This document shows, piece after piece, positions 63,249-64,000 of a DNA stretch of 64,000 bases. The DNA is from Selaginella moellendorffii (lineage: Eukaryota; Plantae; Lycopodiophyta). The stretch covers positions 2,635,668 to 2,699,667 of the forward strand of contig NW_003314270.1 of NCBI RefSeq assembly GCF_000143415.4. Direction: 5' to 3'. The position numbers and the translations under genes are program-made. The notes under the pieces were generated by a model. It was not told where the DNA came from. It did not search any database and saw nothing but the letters and a program-made list of their open reading frames with translations. Within the stretch, counting starts at the first letter, position 1; the number at the start of each line of letters is the position of its first letter.

Positions 63249-64000
63249 CTAGCCCTTCGTTGTCTCTCCCTGCGCTGGAGGAGGCTTCTTATTCTTCTTG
63301 CTCTTCGATTTCTTGTCCTTGGCTCGCCGCTTCTTCTCGTTCACGTCCACCCAGGTGTAGTCACTGGGGATGAGAAACGGATCCACCAAGTCGGGCCCGT
63401 GATCGTCCGACACCGCCGACGAGCTTGCCTGGCTGTGAGGTCGCATCCACGAAAACCATGAACTCGCCGATGATGCCTGTGCTTGCGGAGCATCGCCCTC
63501 CTTGGCTTTTGCGTCTTGGAAGTGGCGAGGACTCGAGAGTGGCGTGGAAAACTCCTCCGACGGCGCGCGGATCTCGTCAAAGCGAGTGAAAGTCACGACG
63601 ACTCTGATGGTAGGCACTACTGGTATGGCCAGCTGAGACGAAGGAAAAAAGAAAAAAAGTTTGGTCACCGAAGAACTGGAGAAACGAGAACAGAAAATAA
63701 ACTTACCTTGACTGGAAACGTTCCAGTCGGTAGCTTGGTTGTCAAGAGCTCACGTAGCCTCCGGATCGCTTTCACTTTGTTGGACAGAATGTCCAGCAGC
63801 GGCACAAACTCCTCAGTGCTCAGAGGAAAATCCGGCGTGAGCCACAGCACCGGCCTCAATCCCTTCTGGTACTCGTTTTCAGCGCCAGCCTTTCCAGGCT
63901 TGTGAATCGACTCCCTGCTTACGCTCTTCCTGGCAGGCTTGTCCATGTATCCCTTCTTGAGCTCGAATGTGTCCTCCGCTCTATAATTCGATGGTCGCCT
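63249..64000 (-). CDS. 3' end of ANKRD13-like (ankyrin repeat / GPCR-chaperone domain) gene
   Basis: EYQKGLRPVLWLTPDFPL, LDILSNKVKAIRRLRELLTTKLPTGTFPVK|LAIPVVPTIRVVVTFTRF, DPFLIPSDYTW. Intron at ~63632-63706; the gene runs off the window. Confidence 0.92.

Overview
Eukaryotic plant nuclear DNA, most consistent with the lycophyte Selaginella. This is an inference from the very short introns, the very dense genes, a PLS-PPR built of tandem 31-aa S motifs and a Tcn1-like chromovirus. Positions 1 to ~40.6 kb are a nested transposon graveyard: decayed MULE-like and LINE remnants, several Ty3/gypsy families, a solo LTR, an intact 673-bp TRIM, an intron-containing MPP-alpha pseudogene, a 460-nt assembly gap and an AT-rich secreted-protein ORF. 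Positions ~41-55.5 kb are a tightly packed gene island: RIQ2/DUF1118, a tail-anchored protein, class IV glutaredoxin, MYB-CC/PHL, p23, DUF1997, REV7, a RAM1-like GRAS, eIF2B-beta and a PLS-E PPR. After an AT-rich island holding a secreted bulb-lectin chimera come a disrupted dirigent-like gene, a minimal Ser/Thr kinase, a membrane protein and the 3' end of an ANKRD13-like gene. The most notable items are (i) a TSD-flanked retroelement with two different LTRs (TRIM LTR + chromovirus pol + long LTR), suggesting a TRIM/chromovirus partnership, (ii) two AT-rich secreted orphan genes missed or split by the ORF track, (iii) a patchwork inverted-repeat block and (iv) head-to-head LTR elements around a perfect palindrome. 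All family calls come from motif recognition by eye; no database searches were run, and identities are eyeball estimates.
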